Part shown: positions 43,083-55,907 of the stretch, piece by piece
Layout: each line of letters opens with the position of its first letter
Numbering within the stretch: position 1 is the first letter of the stretch
Made by a program: the position numbers and the translations under genes
The notes under the pieces: model-generated
Databases searched by the model: none
What the model was told of the DNA's origin: nothing
The model's input: the letters and a program-made list of their open reading frames with translations, nothing else
Origin: Azolla caroliniana
Lineage: Eukaryota > Plantae > Polypodiophyta
Direction: 5' to 3'
Assembly (NCBI GenBank): GCA_043228905.1
Contig: JBHGNT010000007.1
Location: forward strand, 16,678,001-16,742,000
Length of the DNA stretch: 64,000 nt

Positions 43083-45293
43083 GACAGGTGGACTCGATAG
43101 GGTTTAGCAACAGTGGTAGCAACTAACCCACAGTACTCAACTAGAGATGGCCTACGTGATGTGGCAAAGGATCATGCATAATGGACCTAGGAATTCGATA
43201 TATAATTTATGGTACACATTTATGGTGCACACATCAATTTATGTTGCACATTTATGGCACTCATTTACATATGTAATTAAAACACTCTAGTATTTTCAAT
43301 GGTAGTTTTTTGCATACTTAATTTATTAATGATGGCTTTTTACTAAAATGACTATTTATCAATGGTAGCTTTTTGCATAGCTAATTAGCTATGTCAAGGA
43401 AATAGCTAATTGTTTCCACTCGCATGCTTTCACCCAAAACATGTTCTACGGTATGCCAATTCCTTTTGGAAGAAGTGTTTTGCAGGTACGGGTGCGTAGG
43501 ACAAGTGATTGCGGATCAGGGAGAACTCGACTCTGATAAAGCTAAGGAATTCTTCACTAAACATGGAGTTCGGTTAACACTGACAACGGCATACAATCCG
43601 GAAGCCAATGGGAAGATCGAACGAGGACATAGTCCGATTGTCAAAGCACTTGCGAAGGCATGCGATGGAAGTGTGATGGATTGGCCGCAGATGCTCCCGT
43701 ATGCACTATGGGCAGATCGGACGACGCATAGCTCCGTAACCAGTTACATGCCGGCAGAACTTATGACCGGACAAGCACTGGTAATGCCGACGGAAACTGC
43801 AATCGCGACATGGACAATGCTTCCATGGAAGGAAGAGATGAGCCGGGAAGAACTACTAGCGGTCCGGAAGACAACTGGAGGGAAGACCGGAAGACATAGC
43901 GGAAGCAATACACCGACAACAAGAAACGCGATTCCGGAATAAAAGCCGGTTCGACACAAAGCACCGACTACGACCGCGGAAGATTGAAGAAGGAGATTGG
44001 GTGATTGTCTACGACAGTAGTTTGGATCATCAACATACAACGATGCGGAAGTTCGCGAAAAGGTGGTTCGGGCCATATGAGGTTCGGAAAGTTTTCGATA
44101 ACGGAACTTACCGACTATGCGAGTTGGATGGAACGACGCTACGAGTGCCTATAGCCGGGAAACAGGTGAAGATTTTCAAGAAACGGACTGAAGAAGAACC
44201 CTATGTGATCTTAGACAAGACCGACAAGAAGGAGCAATCGGACGAAGATCGCGGTGATGCGGAAAGCGAGGAAAGTGGATTACAACTCATAGTTGACTTA
44301 AGGGGAGAATTGGAGGAAGCTTCGGATGAAGGTGAATAGCAAGCATCGGGGACTTTGTCACATACCGGAGGATGTGTGGGTTTGGAGGGGGTGAGTGTCG
44401 TAGTGTAATTTGCACACTACATGAAAAATTACATTTTTGGTTTCTTCGGATAGGATATGGAGTACCCAGTGAGAACCAGAAGGAAGAACCAGTGAGGACC
44501 GAAACCAGTAAGGAGACCGGCAAGAGCCGGATGAAGAAGGCCGGTGAGAGTCGGTGAGAAACAGACGAAGAGGACCGGTAAGAAGGATCCGGTAAGAACC
44601 AGATAAAGAAAACCGGCGAGAACCGGATGAAGCAGAACCGGCAAGAGCCGGATGAAGAAGGCCGGTGAGAGTCTCTCACTAGATGAAGAGACATATTTGT
44701 AAATAGAAGAAAGTATAAAATTATATATTACATGCATAGGGCAAGAATCGAACCTTGCACCTCCATGTTAATAATGTTAAGCCTTATCATTATACTAGCG
44801 TATTATGAATTTTAAAGTTATACTAAACTTTATCCCATGTAAAATTTCTAGACATGCATGGTACAAAAAGTTATTCATGCATAGACACTCGAGTTAAAAG
44901 AAAAGATGAGATAGAAAGCTAATCATGCACATGCAGTGTGCATGAAAACTAAAAATAGGAAAAGCATGATGCTTGCATGTGATAAACTTAGACTCTTCCA
45001 ACACTATATAAGGAAGAGAGAAAAATGTATAGAGGTTGTTGATTATTTTTACAAGGGTTGATTAATATACTATAATCGTGGGATCCACGAGTTTGCTAAC
45101 TATTTTCCTCTCTTAATTTGAGTACTCACTAATACACTATACTCGTGGGATTCACGAGTTTTTCATATCTTTCTTTCTTACAATATATTTCATATTCTTA
45201 ATTGCCTTAGAATTTTCTTTCCTCCTAGTCCAAAACCCCAACGGTTCCCACCCCACTCACGCAACGATCCAGAGCCGCAAGGCACGACAGCGT

Positions 45294-45907
45294 TCCGATT
45301 CGGTAAGGAGGGCTTTGGCGTCGGAGATCACCTCCTTGTCTTTCCAACGCGCCTCCTCATCTAGCAAGCTCAACTTGACTCTTGCTAGGGATAGTTGTTT
45401 TCCTTTCGGCCCGGTGTTGCTCAACGTGACAACTAACATCTCCCAGGTATCCAGGGGGGAACCGAGCAGGAGTAGAGCAAGTACCTCATCGGCGAGAGGT
45501 ACTTCCAACGAGTTTGCTTGGTGTATCAGCCCCTGGAAGGCATTCATGTGCTCCGCCATACTAGAGTTGTCTTGGTATCGGAGCCTCACTAGCTTCCGAA
45601 ATACCAAAACCTGATTAACAGCATTCTTGTTCTGGAACATGATGCCGATCTTCTTCCAGAGTTCATGAGCCTTGCTCTCTTCATTGAAGTTGTTGTACAT
45701 GCTCATGTCGATGAAGCACCAGATGTATGTCGTTGTCTTCATGTGCATCACCTCCCACACCGTGGCGTCGATCTTATCCGATCTCTTGTCCCCAAACTGA
45801 ACCGGCAACCAAAGATCTTTAACCACCAGCATGTCCCTCATCTTCGACTTCCACACTGAGTAGTTGGAGCCGGTGAGCTTGAACATGCCGCCATAAGATT
45901 CTTCCAT
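45294..45907 (-). pseudogene. Copia gag N-terminal part
   Basis: MEESYGGMFKLTGSNYSVWKSKMRDML...; rejoins in frame with 30257 when the 15-kb insert and one GCGT are removed. Confidence 0.85.
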
Positions 45908-46497
45908 TTCTTGTGTTGTTCGCTTTGATACCAGTTTGATGAGAAATGCGCAGAATATCGCTCGGCCACAACCGAGTAGTAAAACACTTCTATAAGAATC
46001 AAACACAAAAATGGGAAGTGGAGAGTACACAAGAAAAATGACACGGGATGTTTACGTGGAAAACCCTAATATGGAAAAACCACAGGAGCCCACAGACTCC
46101 AAACTATCACTATGAAGAGAAAAGGGTACACAATCAAAGACTCGGAGGTAACGACCTCTAGCTCTGTTTCTTCGCACAGTGGCGGTTACGACAAAGTATC
46201 ACTCTGTATCTCTCTCTCTCCCACTCTCTCCCTCTCTCTCTTTACAACAATTACAGCAATATAACAACAACACAATCACACACACTCTAAAGTGATTGCC
46301 CTAAGTCATATTTATAGTTATATGAACTTAGGGCTATTTACAAATATAGCCTCAATGGGCTTATTCAAGACATATTTACAAATTTGTCTTCTCTTCCGGT
46401 TCTCACCGGGTCCACCGATCCGGTTTCCGGTTCTCACCGGTTCCTCTTTATTCATCGCCGGATCCCATCCGGAGAGACCGATTTTCCCAACATGGCC

Positions 46498-47243
46498 AAA
46501 TTGAGTGTACCAACCAAACGTTGGAGCAATATCTTCGTTGTTTCATCAACTATCAACAAGATGATTGGGTTAATTTTTTGCACTTGGTGGAATTCTCTTA
46601 CAACAACTCAGCCCATTCTTCTACAGGATATTCCCCATTTTTCACAAATACAGGTTTTCATCCTCGGTGGATGATGAATGCGCATCTAGACGTTCCTACC
46701 AACCCTGCTGTCGAGGATCATCTTAATCGCCTCCAAGAAATTCACGCTACCATTCTCCAATATTTGCACGATGCTCAAGTTACACACAAGAGGCTTGTCG
46801 ATCCTCATCGTCTAGACTCCTCAAAAAAGTTCCGCGTTGGGGATCATGTATGGCTTCTCCAACACAACATCAAGACCACTCGACCTTGCAATAAATTGGA
46901 TTACCAACGTTTTGGCCCTTACATGATCACTGGTAAGATAATTGATGTTGCATTTCATCTTGGCCTCCCTCCACACATGCATCTTCATCCGGTGTTTCAT
47001 GTATCCCTTTTGGAACCTTATACTACAAGTTCAATTCCGGGCCGTCTTACGACACCCCCACCACCTGTTGAGTTCTTGGGCAGACCCGAATTTGAAGTTG
47101 TTGCCATTCTCGATTCTAAAATCGTGCACAACAAGTTGTATTACTTAGTTGATTGGCTAGGTTATACCCCCAATGATCGAACTTGGGAACCTACTGCAAA
47201 TCTTTCCAATGTTGTAGAACTCGTCACTGCATTTCATCACTAA
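46498..47243 (+). pseudogene. Family C integrase C-terminus and chromodomain
   Basis: EQYLRCF...FGPY...FEVVAILDSK...YLVDWLGY...TWEP; continues PETNG from 26484. Confidence 0.9.
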
Positions 47244-47757
47244 TATCCTCGTAAACCAGGTCCTAATACAAACCCTACGACCCGTGAGACGTGTCGTCGA
47301 AGAAGGGGGATAGTGTCATGATAACACTCACATCATGCATCGAAAGGATCATGACACTCACATTATGCTTCGAAAGGATTTAAACCCACAACCTTGTTGT
47401 ACACATGTCAAATCCTCAGCCATTGTATTAATATTCTTGTATGTATACTTTTTAGAATATGAAATCTAATATCATAGAAATATTCTATATTACTCTACAT
47501 TCTAGAATGACCTAGAATATTCTAGAGTGTTCTATACACTAGAACCTTCTAGAATACTTTAGAGATCTTCTAGATTACTCTACATTCTAGAATAACCTAG
47601 AATATTCTAGAGTGTTCTCTATTACTTATAAATTGGGATCTACCACTCATCCCAAACCTAAATTGGTTCAACGTCATTTTGTAGTACTCTGTTGCCCACT
47701 CTTTGTAATCCATTTACTCTTCAATATAATAATTCCTTTTCAATTGTCTCTCTATCT

Positions 47758-47794
<37 letters not shown>

Positions 47795-47797
47795 ACA

Positions 47798-50700
47798 CAA
47801 ATCAACGTGGTGTTGCAAATGATTGAAAGAGTGATGCAAAGCCAAGAATGTGCAACTGTTCTTCAACAAATCAATCATGTTATTGACAAGCTTGTAGAGA
47901 AAATAGGTCTCTTTGAAGGTAAAAATATATCTAAATTCTTACAAGTATATGTTATTGAGATGGGTAGTAAAGGATTAAACCAACATGATGTTCGAATGAA
48001 TTTTGTGAGGATGGTTGAACTCCCTTTGCGAAATAGAGTCTCTGAACTTGCAACAACTTCTAATGATTGCGTTGCATTTGAGAAAGCTTTATTAAATGAG
48101 TACATGTTTGGTGATACAATCTGAGCATCAATGAGGAGTTTCCTGGATTGGGTGGACAAAGAGGACAAGAAGATTTCGGCGATTGAATTGTTGAAAGAAT
48201 TTGAAGCTCATTATAACCAATTAACGACCAAAAGGACTCTTTTGGAACCGGAGAAGGTCATATTATTCTTGAAGGCAACAGACTGATCCTATCGAGAAAA
48301 ATTAGTTGCATTTCTTGAAGGCTGGACTACACCCACTGGTCTAGTGTCCGATTGGAATCGAGTATATGAAGCCTACAACAAAATCAGCAAAAGAGCCCAA
48401 TGGTGTGATTCATAAGATCTTTTGATTGCCAGGGGTACGAAAGATGAAGTGAAAACAACCATCAAGGAGGATATTGGGAGTCCGTCAACTATTTCCAAGG
48501 TACCTGAAACAATGATGGACGATCTTATCAAAGGTATAAGAGATCTTTCATTACATGTTGCAAAGCTACAAGAAGGAAAATCCTTGCATCCCCAAAAAGA
48601 TTATGAAAGAAGATGCATATGGTATGATCGCGTCAACCATTCAAGAGGAGGGTGTGATAACTATCAAGAAGTGATAGACAAAGGGGTGATATTCTTCAAA
48701 GATGGTAAGATTCATTCTTCTGAAACTCGATTACCTCTCCAAACTAATTTTAGAAGAGGTGGTATGAGAAGGATCATCGAAGATGCGGAAACAACTGGGA
48801 CACAAGTTGTCTATCAACCAACAACTACAATCATCCATGTTGGTGAAGGAGGATCCAAATCTCAATTTTGGCCGTGTATTTTGAAAGCCACAATAGAGGG
48901 TAAAATCAAGTTTGAAAAGTTGAAGTCTGGAGGTGATGTTGTCCGAAGCAATATTGGTTGGGAAGACCCAGTGGATGGCCTCGCAGCTTTCGCGAAGGTT
49001 GCAACAGACCAAGCCCATGAAGTGATCATAGAAGAGAAACGGAAATGGGCGGAAAATGAAGATAACAAGAAGAGGGAGCTAAGAAGCGCTAAAAAGAGGG
49101 AGATAGAAAGTCTGAAAATGGTAAGCCCTGACATTGAAAAGGGTAAGGATAAGAAGATTCCCCTTCAACTGATTTAAAAAAAGTTTTGGAAGAAAGAATT
49201 TTAGATAGCAAAGTGGAGCTTTCCTTGAGGGAGCTTTTGGGCATAGCTAAAAAGTAATTTCATGAAGCAATAATTGATGGAATTAAAAGAAAATGGCAGA
49301 ATATTGAAGTTGTTGAAAACCAAGGAAATGAAGTGAAGAAATCAATGGTGGAAGTCATTAAAGGTGAACCAAGCTCTTCCATTGTTGGTTCACAAGCTAT
49401 TGCGACGATAACTTTTGAAGAGAAGCTAAAAGAGCTAAAAAGCTATTATGCTAAGAAACATTGGGCGAGAGCAAAAACAGAGACACCTGTGAAGATTGAA
49501 AACCTTGAAGATCCAGTCGTAGCCTTAATCGGCTCCGAAATTAATCTAATTTCTTATGATATTTACAGGAAAGGCGGATGGCCAATGGAAACGAATCATG
49601 GGTGGAGGGTAAAATCGGCTAATTCAACAACCGAGGAACTTTATGGAGCTTTCCCAAACATCAAAGTTACTATTGGAGATGTGCCAATGGAGCAACATTT
49701 CTTTATCCAAAAGACCTTGTCATACCCAGTGATTCTTGGTCAACCATACATCATATCTTCTAGGATGGAAACGAAGGTGCTTGAAAAGGGCTCGGCATAT
49801 GCTAGGATTCGAAGTACCGATGGTAAAAGGTGTGTTCAATTTCTTACTGTTAGGCAGGAGCATGAGAGAAATAAAGAAGAATTACGAATTAACTCGTGCG
49901 AACATGATATGACATCTTATGAGTCAAATTTTAAGGGAATATCAAAGTGCTAACTTCCTCAAAGAAGATGACATCCATGAAGTTGAAGATGGAGATGTTT
50001 GTTGGCACATGCCGGAGGATGCGTAGGTCTAGAGGGGGAGGATGTCGTGACGTTTTCGTGCCACAATGAGAAAATAACCTCTACCCAATTATATGAACTA
50101 ATTCAAAATTTTGTAAATAGTTGTTTAGCTAAGCGATAGCTAATAACTTGATAAGAACACTCGCCATAGGATGATAATAGCTAGTAGTTGAATCTACGAT
50201 AAAACTTAATATCGAGTAAAATATTTTTAAGTGAAATACCTATTATCAAAACACTTGTTATTATCATTATCAACTATTTTTGCTATTAAAGCTATAAAAG
50301 CCATAAAAACTATTAAAGTTGTTAAAGCTATTAGAGCTATTAGAGCCATTAAAGCTATTACAGCTATTAGAGCCATTGAAGCTATTAAAGCAATTAGAGC
50401 TATAAAAACTATTAAAAGCTATTAAGTTTATTAAAGTTATTAAAGCCATTACCCACAAATGTAGGTGCCACTTATGAATGAATGACACTTGGGACTCATG
50501 CATACACTTTCCTCATGCATGGGTAAAACTTAGCACTCATGCACCCACTTTTCTCATGCATGGGTGACACTTGCCACTCATGCACTCACCCTCCTCATGT
50601 ATAAAAAGGGGGTGAATAAACTCATGAAGGGGGGAATAATGGTAGACGAAAAATACTATTGTACTCAGAAAGGCAAGAAATACTATTGTAATCATCTTGA

Positions 50701-50873
50701 ATAACAATAGAGGTGAAATATCATTGTAATGAGATAGACAAGTTATATTATTGTAATCATCTTGATATATATCAATACAAAGTCTATTTTCATTTCTCCT
50801 CTTTCTTTGACAAGAAGCTCGGTGCTTACTTCCTAGATTTGCGATTTTCTTTTTCGTTTGCTCTCGTACGACA
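47798..50873 (+). mobile_element. Decayed Gypsy-type element F: gag/protease remnants followed directly by PPT and 3' LTR (50043-50873)
   Basis: Gag-like FEGKNISKFL, knuckle-like RCIWYDRVNHSRGGC, protease-like VALIGSEINLI...VILGQP; AGAGGGGGAGGA then TGTCGT...ACGACA. Confidence 0.7.
50280..50450. repeat. 9-bp minisatellite (GCTATTAAA-like) inside LTR F
   Basis: About 18 degenerate units visible. Confidence 0.85.
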
Positions 50874-53369
50874 AGATCAACATCACAACGTCAGGTACAA
50901 TATCTATACAATGATGGTCTATATTACGTTTAGGAGGTAACCCATGTGGCAATTCACTCAGAAAAACATCACGAAAATCATTTAAGATTTCATCGAGTTG
51001 TTGTTGTTCAAAATATGGTAAATGACCCGAGACACTATCAATATTATAAACGAGAAGGTTCGGATCAAGTACAAAATAAAATAAAGACAAATAAGTCAAC
51101 TCAGATATTGATAGAGAGGAAACAATCAAAATAGATTGCTTTTTTAAACATTGAATAAAATGAGTACAATCATTCAGAAAGTAATTCAATGGTGACCCAA
51201 TAAATAGATAAAGAAGAGTTTTTATTATAAAACCAAGGATAACCAAGTATTACATCAATGGTACAAAGATTCATTACATGGAAATATGTTTCCTCTATAT
51301 AAGTATCAATAGAAATTCCTAATGAATGAATCGCCCTATTGATGTATTGCACTCTTCCATCAGCAACGTGCACCTTATAGGTGTGATCACTTATGGTGGG
51401 TTGGATTCCCCATATCTGAACCAAGTGATCATTCAAAAGTTGTGTGAGCTTCCCAAATCAAATAAGAATCGTACGGGAGATCCATTAATATACCTGTTTG
51501 CACGTAGTAAAACATTGTGTCCCAATACATAGTGAGGGAAAGAACATTTACAATTACTTAGATGATGTGTATAGACCTCAAGGACATCAGGAATCTGACC
51601 TTTATGGTCTGCAACTTTGGTTTTGTTGTCGTGATGTTTTCGTTGGAGCTTCTTACATTGCTCTTTTGCATGACCCTTCTTTTTGCAGAATACGCAAAAA
51701 GGATTTTGTCGCTTATAATCGTGATCCATAAATCCGTTGGGTGTCTTGCGTTTCCCAGCGAATTGCGACTGCTTAGTCTCGGGCACTTTGTTGGGTTTGT
51801 TATGCTCCTTCGAAGTGTGTTGATAGCAAAGGACTTGAGCTAACCAAATGGTTTGCTCCTTTTGACTGTTTGAGGTTTTATGCGTATGAGTGATAACGAA
51901 GGCATTTTCCCATATATGATTTTTAAATGAAACATATGTGGCGAGAAACCTTATTTCCCTCTCGTTAACAAGAAAACTATGTTGCTACGTTACCTAACCT
52001 CAAGGCTCATCATTACGATGACATACCCCAAAGCGCAACCTAATGGTCAAGCCATACGAGCCCTCTTTTCGTGGTAGGCCCACGTGGCCCATCACATGGT
52101 TACATCATTACGAATGTCTTCCATAATGATGATCTCATGGTGGCATCATAACCATGTAATGAGGGAAGGATGTTGGATGCGTGTGTCATAGGTGCGACCT
52201 CACTTGAAGTGGGTCAAGCCCTACGCTCTCAACATCATTGTGGCTATGATTGTTTCGTTATAACGCATAGTGAACTCGAAATGACCAATGGGGATGACAA
52301 CAAAAAAATTTGTTGAAAAAACGATGGTGACTATGACATTCTCACAAAAATTTGAGGACGGCCACCAAGATCCTTTCCCCGAAAAGGACAGCGTTTGATA
52401 TACTAAATCACGTAATAAACACATATGTATGTTTATTACATGTATATGATTAAATACATATACACGTGATTACATATGCATATATTTTAAAAAATCGTAA
52501 CATCACATAGCCAACGAATGATGTAATCGAGGCATCGAGGCACATAGCCTCTACGCACACTAAACATCCCAATTAAGGGTGAACGTAATACGCAATTGAG
52601 GTATTAACCTCATACGCATATGACACAAATCACATATCAAATATATGTCAAATGAGGTATTGATCTCATACGCATATGTATACGTTTTATACAACCAATT
52701 AATTACCACTAGAACATCATTGAATCAATGAAAAAAAACCACATATTGACTATACATGATTAGATTGGGAGATGAAAGAATAGAAAAAAATAACAAAGAG
52801 TTACCGAAGTTTGCTTGTTAATGCCTTTCTGGATCAAGGTCGATCGCACATCAATCGATCCCCATCCTACAAAAAATCAATCAACAAACGAAACATTAGA
52901 AGGAAAGCTCAGATACCAATTGTTAGAGCTAGTTACTCATGTAAGCATGAGATAAGGATATAATAGATATAAAATAAGAAAGGAGAGAGAGAAAGAAGGG
53001 TGTTGATCCACCCGACCACTCCCGAGCGAAGGGATCGGGAAAAACTAGAGCCTCGATCGGCGTCCCATACCATCGTCGTGGTGTTGAGTCGTACCTAGTG
53101 TTGGCGCGCTCGCTACAAGAGTTGACCCACCACAATGACGAAGTCTCGACGTAGTCGATAATGTATCAAATGAGGGTAGCTAGGCCTCATATTTATAGCC
53201 AAACCAAAGCCCCCATGCAAGTTCACACTTGGACTAATGGGTTATGACAATCCCAAGGATTAAAAGTAATCCTTTCCTTCTTTACACTCTCGTTTAACCG
53301 TCACATTTTATCCACGTGTATAGAATACTACGGTAAAACGTACCACGGGATACGGTCATGCCTGTAACA
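50874..53369 (-). mobile_element. 5' part of decayed Gypsy element G (LTR 52921-53369, iMet PBS, gag knuckle, protease, RT start)
   Basis: PBS TGGTATCTGAGC at 52907-52918 (minus); CVFCKKKGHAKEQC; FLFDLGSSHNF; FRDVF..ELPHGLPPKRNIDH. Confidence 0.8.
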
Positions 53370-54152
53370 GCACGGTGGCTCACTCCCATTCGTGTTCAAG
53401 TTCCCAATGCGGACTATATGGTCGATCACACCCATTCATGTTCCCAGTGAGGACCACACATGGTCACTCACGCCTGTCAATGTTCCAATCTGCTGTGAGA
53501 ACCGCACAAGGTCACTCACCTAGTCTCCAGTGAGGACCACACATGGTCGCACATGTCCGTTGGTGTTCGTGTCTCCGGTGAGGACAACACATGGTTTCTC
53601 ACACCCGTCGGTGCCCCACTTCCTGCTCACCCCTACACGGTGCTTTCGAAAAGGTGGTCATAAAGGGGAGGATAATGTCACGACACAGTGACATGAAATA
53701 CATATTTGGTGAGTATTGAACCTACAACCTCACATCAACAAGATATCACGCTCAACCATTTTGATATAAGCATTCATTTGTATTTTAATATGTATTCTAT
53801 AGTCTAGCATATAGTATATTTCAAAATCAGAATATTCTAGTCGTTAGTATATTCTAGAAATATCGTATGGTATATTCTAGACGGGTATATTCTAGAGATA
53901 TTTCTCGAGTATATTCTAGAGATATCCAATCTCGAAACTTGTATAAATACTTGTAACCTCCTTGGTCCCTTTCAATGGATTCAATGTCAGTCATTGACAC
54001 ATCAATCTAGTATTCTCATTTTGCCCCATCTTGTCTCCTCGATCTTCCTCTCTGTCTTCATGCTCTTGATTCCTTCCTAGGTTCTTAAGTTCTACGCTCT
54101 TAGCCCCATCATCTCTGCTCCGTTCCCATCCGCAGTTGGTGTGTCGGTGACA
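53370..54152 (+). mobile_element. 3' end of Gypsy element H: repeat-containing 3' UTR, PPT and LTR 53676-54152
   Basis: AAAGGGGAGGATAA-TGTCACG...GTGACA; TATAAATA at 53943; ATTCTAG repeats as in families A-C. Confidence 0.7.
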
Positions 54153-55869
54153 CCCGCTCCCCATACACTTCAAGTGGATGGTGGATCTAGTCATGATGCC
54201 AATGGGGGTACGCCAAATGAGGTACTTGGTGCTTGCACGAGAGGATTTGACGAACCAAGTCGAAGGACGAGCACCAACGACAATGCCACGTACCAACTTG
54301 CGGAGCTCGACGAGACAAGGATGGTTGTACTAGTTGTGGGGACGAGGATCAAGGTCTTCAAGAAGCGTCAAGAGGCGGAACCGGATCCGGAGGTGGAGAA
54401 CGAGGACGTAGACGAGGGCAAGGAGCCAGATGAGGACTATATGGGTGACGGATCAAAAGAGGATGAGTAAGAGTCAATCCAGTCTCGTGAGGATTTTCGG
54501 CTATGGTGGGAAAACCCGAGCGGGATGAATAAAATGGGGATGTGCAACATTGCACGTGCACTTGATAGAATTGTAAAATAAAGTAACAAATGTAAAAGGA
54601 AGGGTAGATTGTAAGGTGCTAAAAGTGCACTACAAAGTTTGTGAAGTACTTTATAGAATTGTAAAATAAAGTAACAAATGTAAAAGGAATGGTAGAATGT
54701 AATGTGCTAAACGTGCACTACAAAGTTTGTGAAGTATATAGGTGATGTGTACTTAGGGGCTCATGCACATGTAGACTAAAGGGGAGTGCATGGGAGTACG
54801 GATATAGAGGGTAGTGGCATAGAGTGTGAGGGGAGAGAGTTAAGGCCCCATCAATCTAAGATCAAGGGAAATATTCCCCATTAAAAGAAGGGGATTTGAC
54901 CCCTCCGTATGTAATGTGCCTCACCCCTTACTACTATAAAAGGGGGGTCACTTTTGAAGGGCTTTCACTTTTGGGGGTTTCTTTGGGGTCGCCATTTTGT
55001 TGGTTTGTGTAGACCATTAGGGTTTCAGGTCTTAGGATTTCGGGTTTAGGGTTTCGTTTAGGGTTTCATTCTTCTTCTTCTTCTTTTACCTATCCGGTTA
55101 GGGTTTCATTTAGCGGTTTACATTCGACCTACGTGGCCATGGTTGTAACTCATGTGGTGTTTTCGTAATATAATCATTTGATGGATCTTGTCTTGTCTTT
55201 AATCTTAATCTCTCCGATCTTAACCTCTCTAACCTTAACCCTTGTACTCGGTTAAACTCTCAAGCTTCCTTCCCTTTCCTCACTCCCTAGTCCAAGACCC
55301 TTGCGGTCTCGTCCTACCCGACACACACGCGTGGATTTCCATGAAACCGGAATTCTCCACTACTTCTCTAGATTGACACATACTGGAGGATGTGCGGTTT
55401 GGTGGAGGTGGATGTCATGGAGGATTCCGGACACAAAGGGAAAACTCGTCGACCACGTGTGAACAGGGGTGTGCGCGGATGCATGTGAGAGAGGTCTTTG
55501 CCTAAAACAATTGTAAATAACATAGGACTAATAAATACAAAACCAGATAGTTTTTAATAGGTACTTTATGATCCCACAAAAAGAGGGGGAATAATAGCAT
55601 GTGATGGCAAAGAATCGTGGGAGAAACTTTGACAAAAACGGTTGTAATAACAGCCTGATTTAACGTCGACCCTCCTGCGCTTCGGAGCTATAAAAGGGAG
55701 GGAAAGTGTCTGTTATGAGGGATCGGGTTTTTTTGAGCGGGGAAGGTGCTATTGGACTGGGGATCAAAGTATCGTAAGTTTCTGCTCTGTGCATTTGGTT
55801 AGGTGGTGTGAGGCCTCTGCTCCCGCTGGAAGCCTATGTGCTCTTGAGTTCCAAACAGAGGCTCACTAA

Positions 55870-55907
<38 letters not shown>

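Larger units (their letters stand above)
32435..43435 (-). mobile_element. 11-kb TIR DNA transposon, Sola2-like
   Basis: 25-bp TIRs GGGT(A/G)AAAGCATGCGAGTGGAAACA; 4-bp TSD AAAA (32431-32434 / 43436-43439), whose removal restores the host integrase frame RRKTCSTV; internal DDD-type transposase. Confidence 0.85.
30883..45289 (+). mobile_element. 3' part of a non-chromovirus Gypsy element D (RT end, RNase H, INT, 3' LTR 44396-45289), split by the DNA transposon
   Basis: FQDD RT remnant, TVDTS RNase H, ETDC, NVVADMLSR, YNPEANGKIER integrase, FGPY motif; purine tract then TGTCGT...ACGACA LTR. Confidence 0.85.
26485..46492 (-). mobile_element. Ty1/Copia element (Tnt1/Tork-like), decayed, inserted in the family C integrase
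   Basis: LTRs 26485-27013 and 45937-46492; TSD TGGCC (26480-26484 / 46493-46497); PBS TGGTATCAAAGC (iMet) at 45922-45933; PPT next to 27014. Confidence 0.93.
16225..47797 (+). mobile_element. Family C chromovirus, decayed; hosts element B and the Copia nest
   Basis: LTRs 16225-22504 (split by B) and 47314-47797; PBS 22505-22518; gag/pol remnants homologous to A and B; PPT before 47314. Confidence 0.9.
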
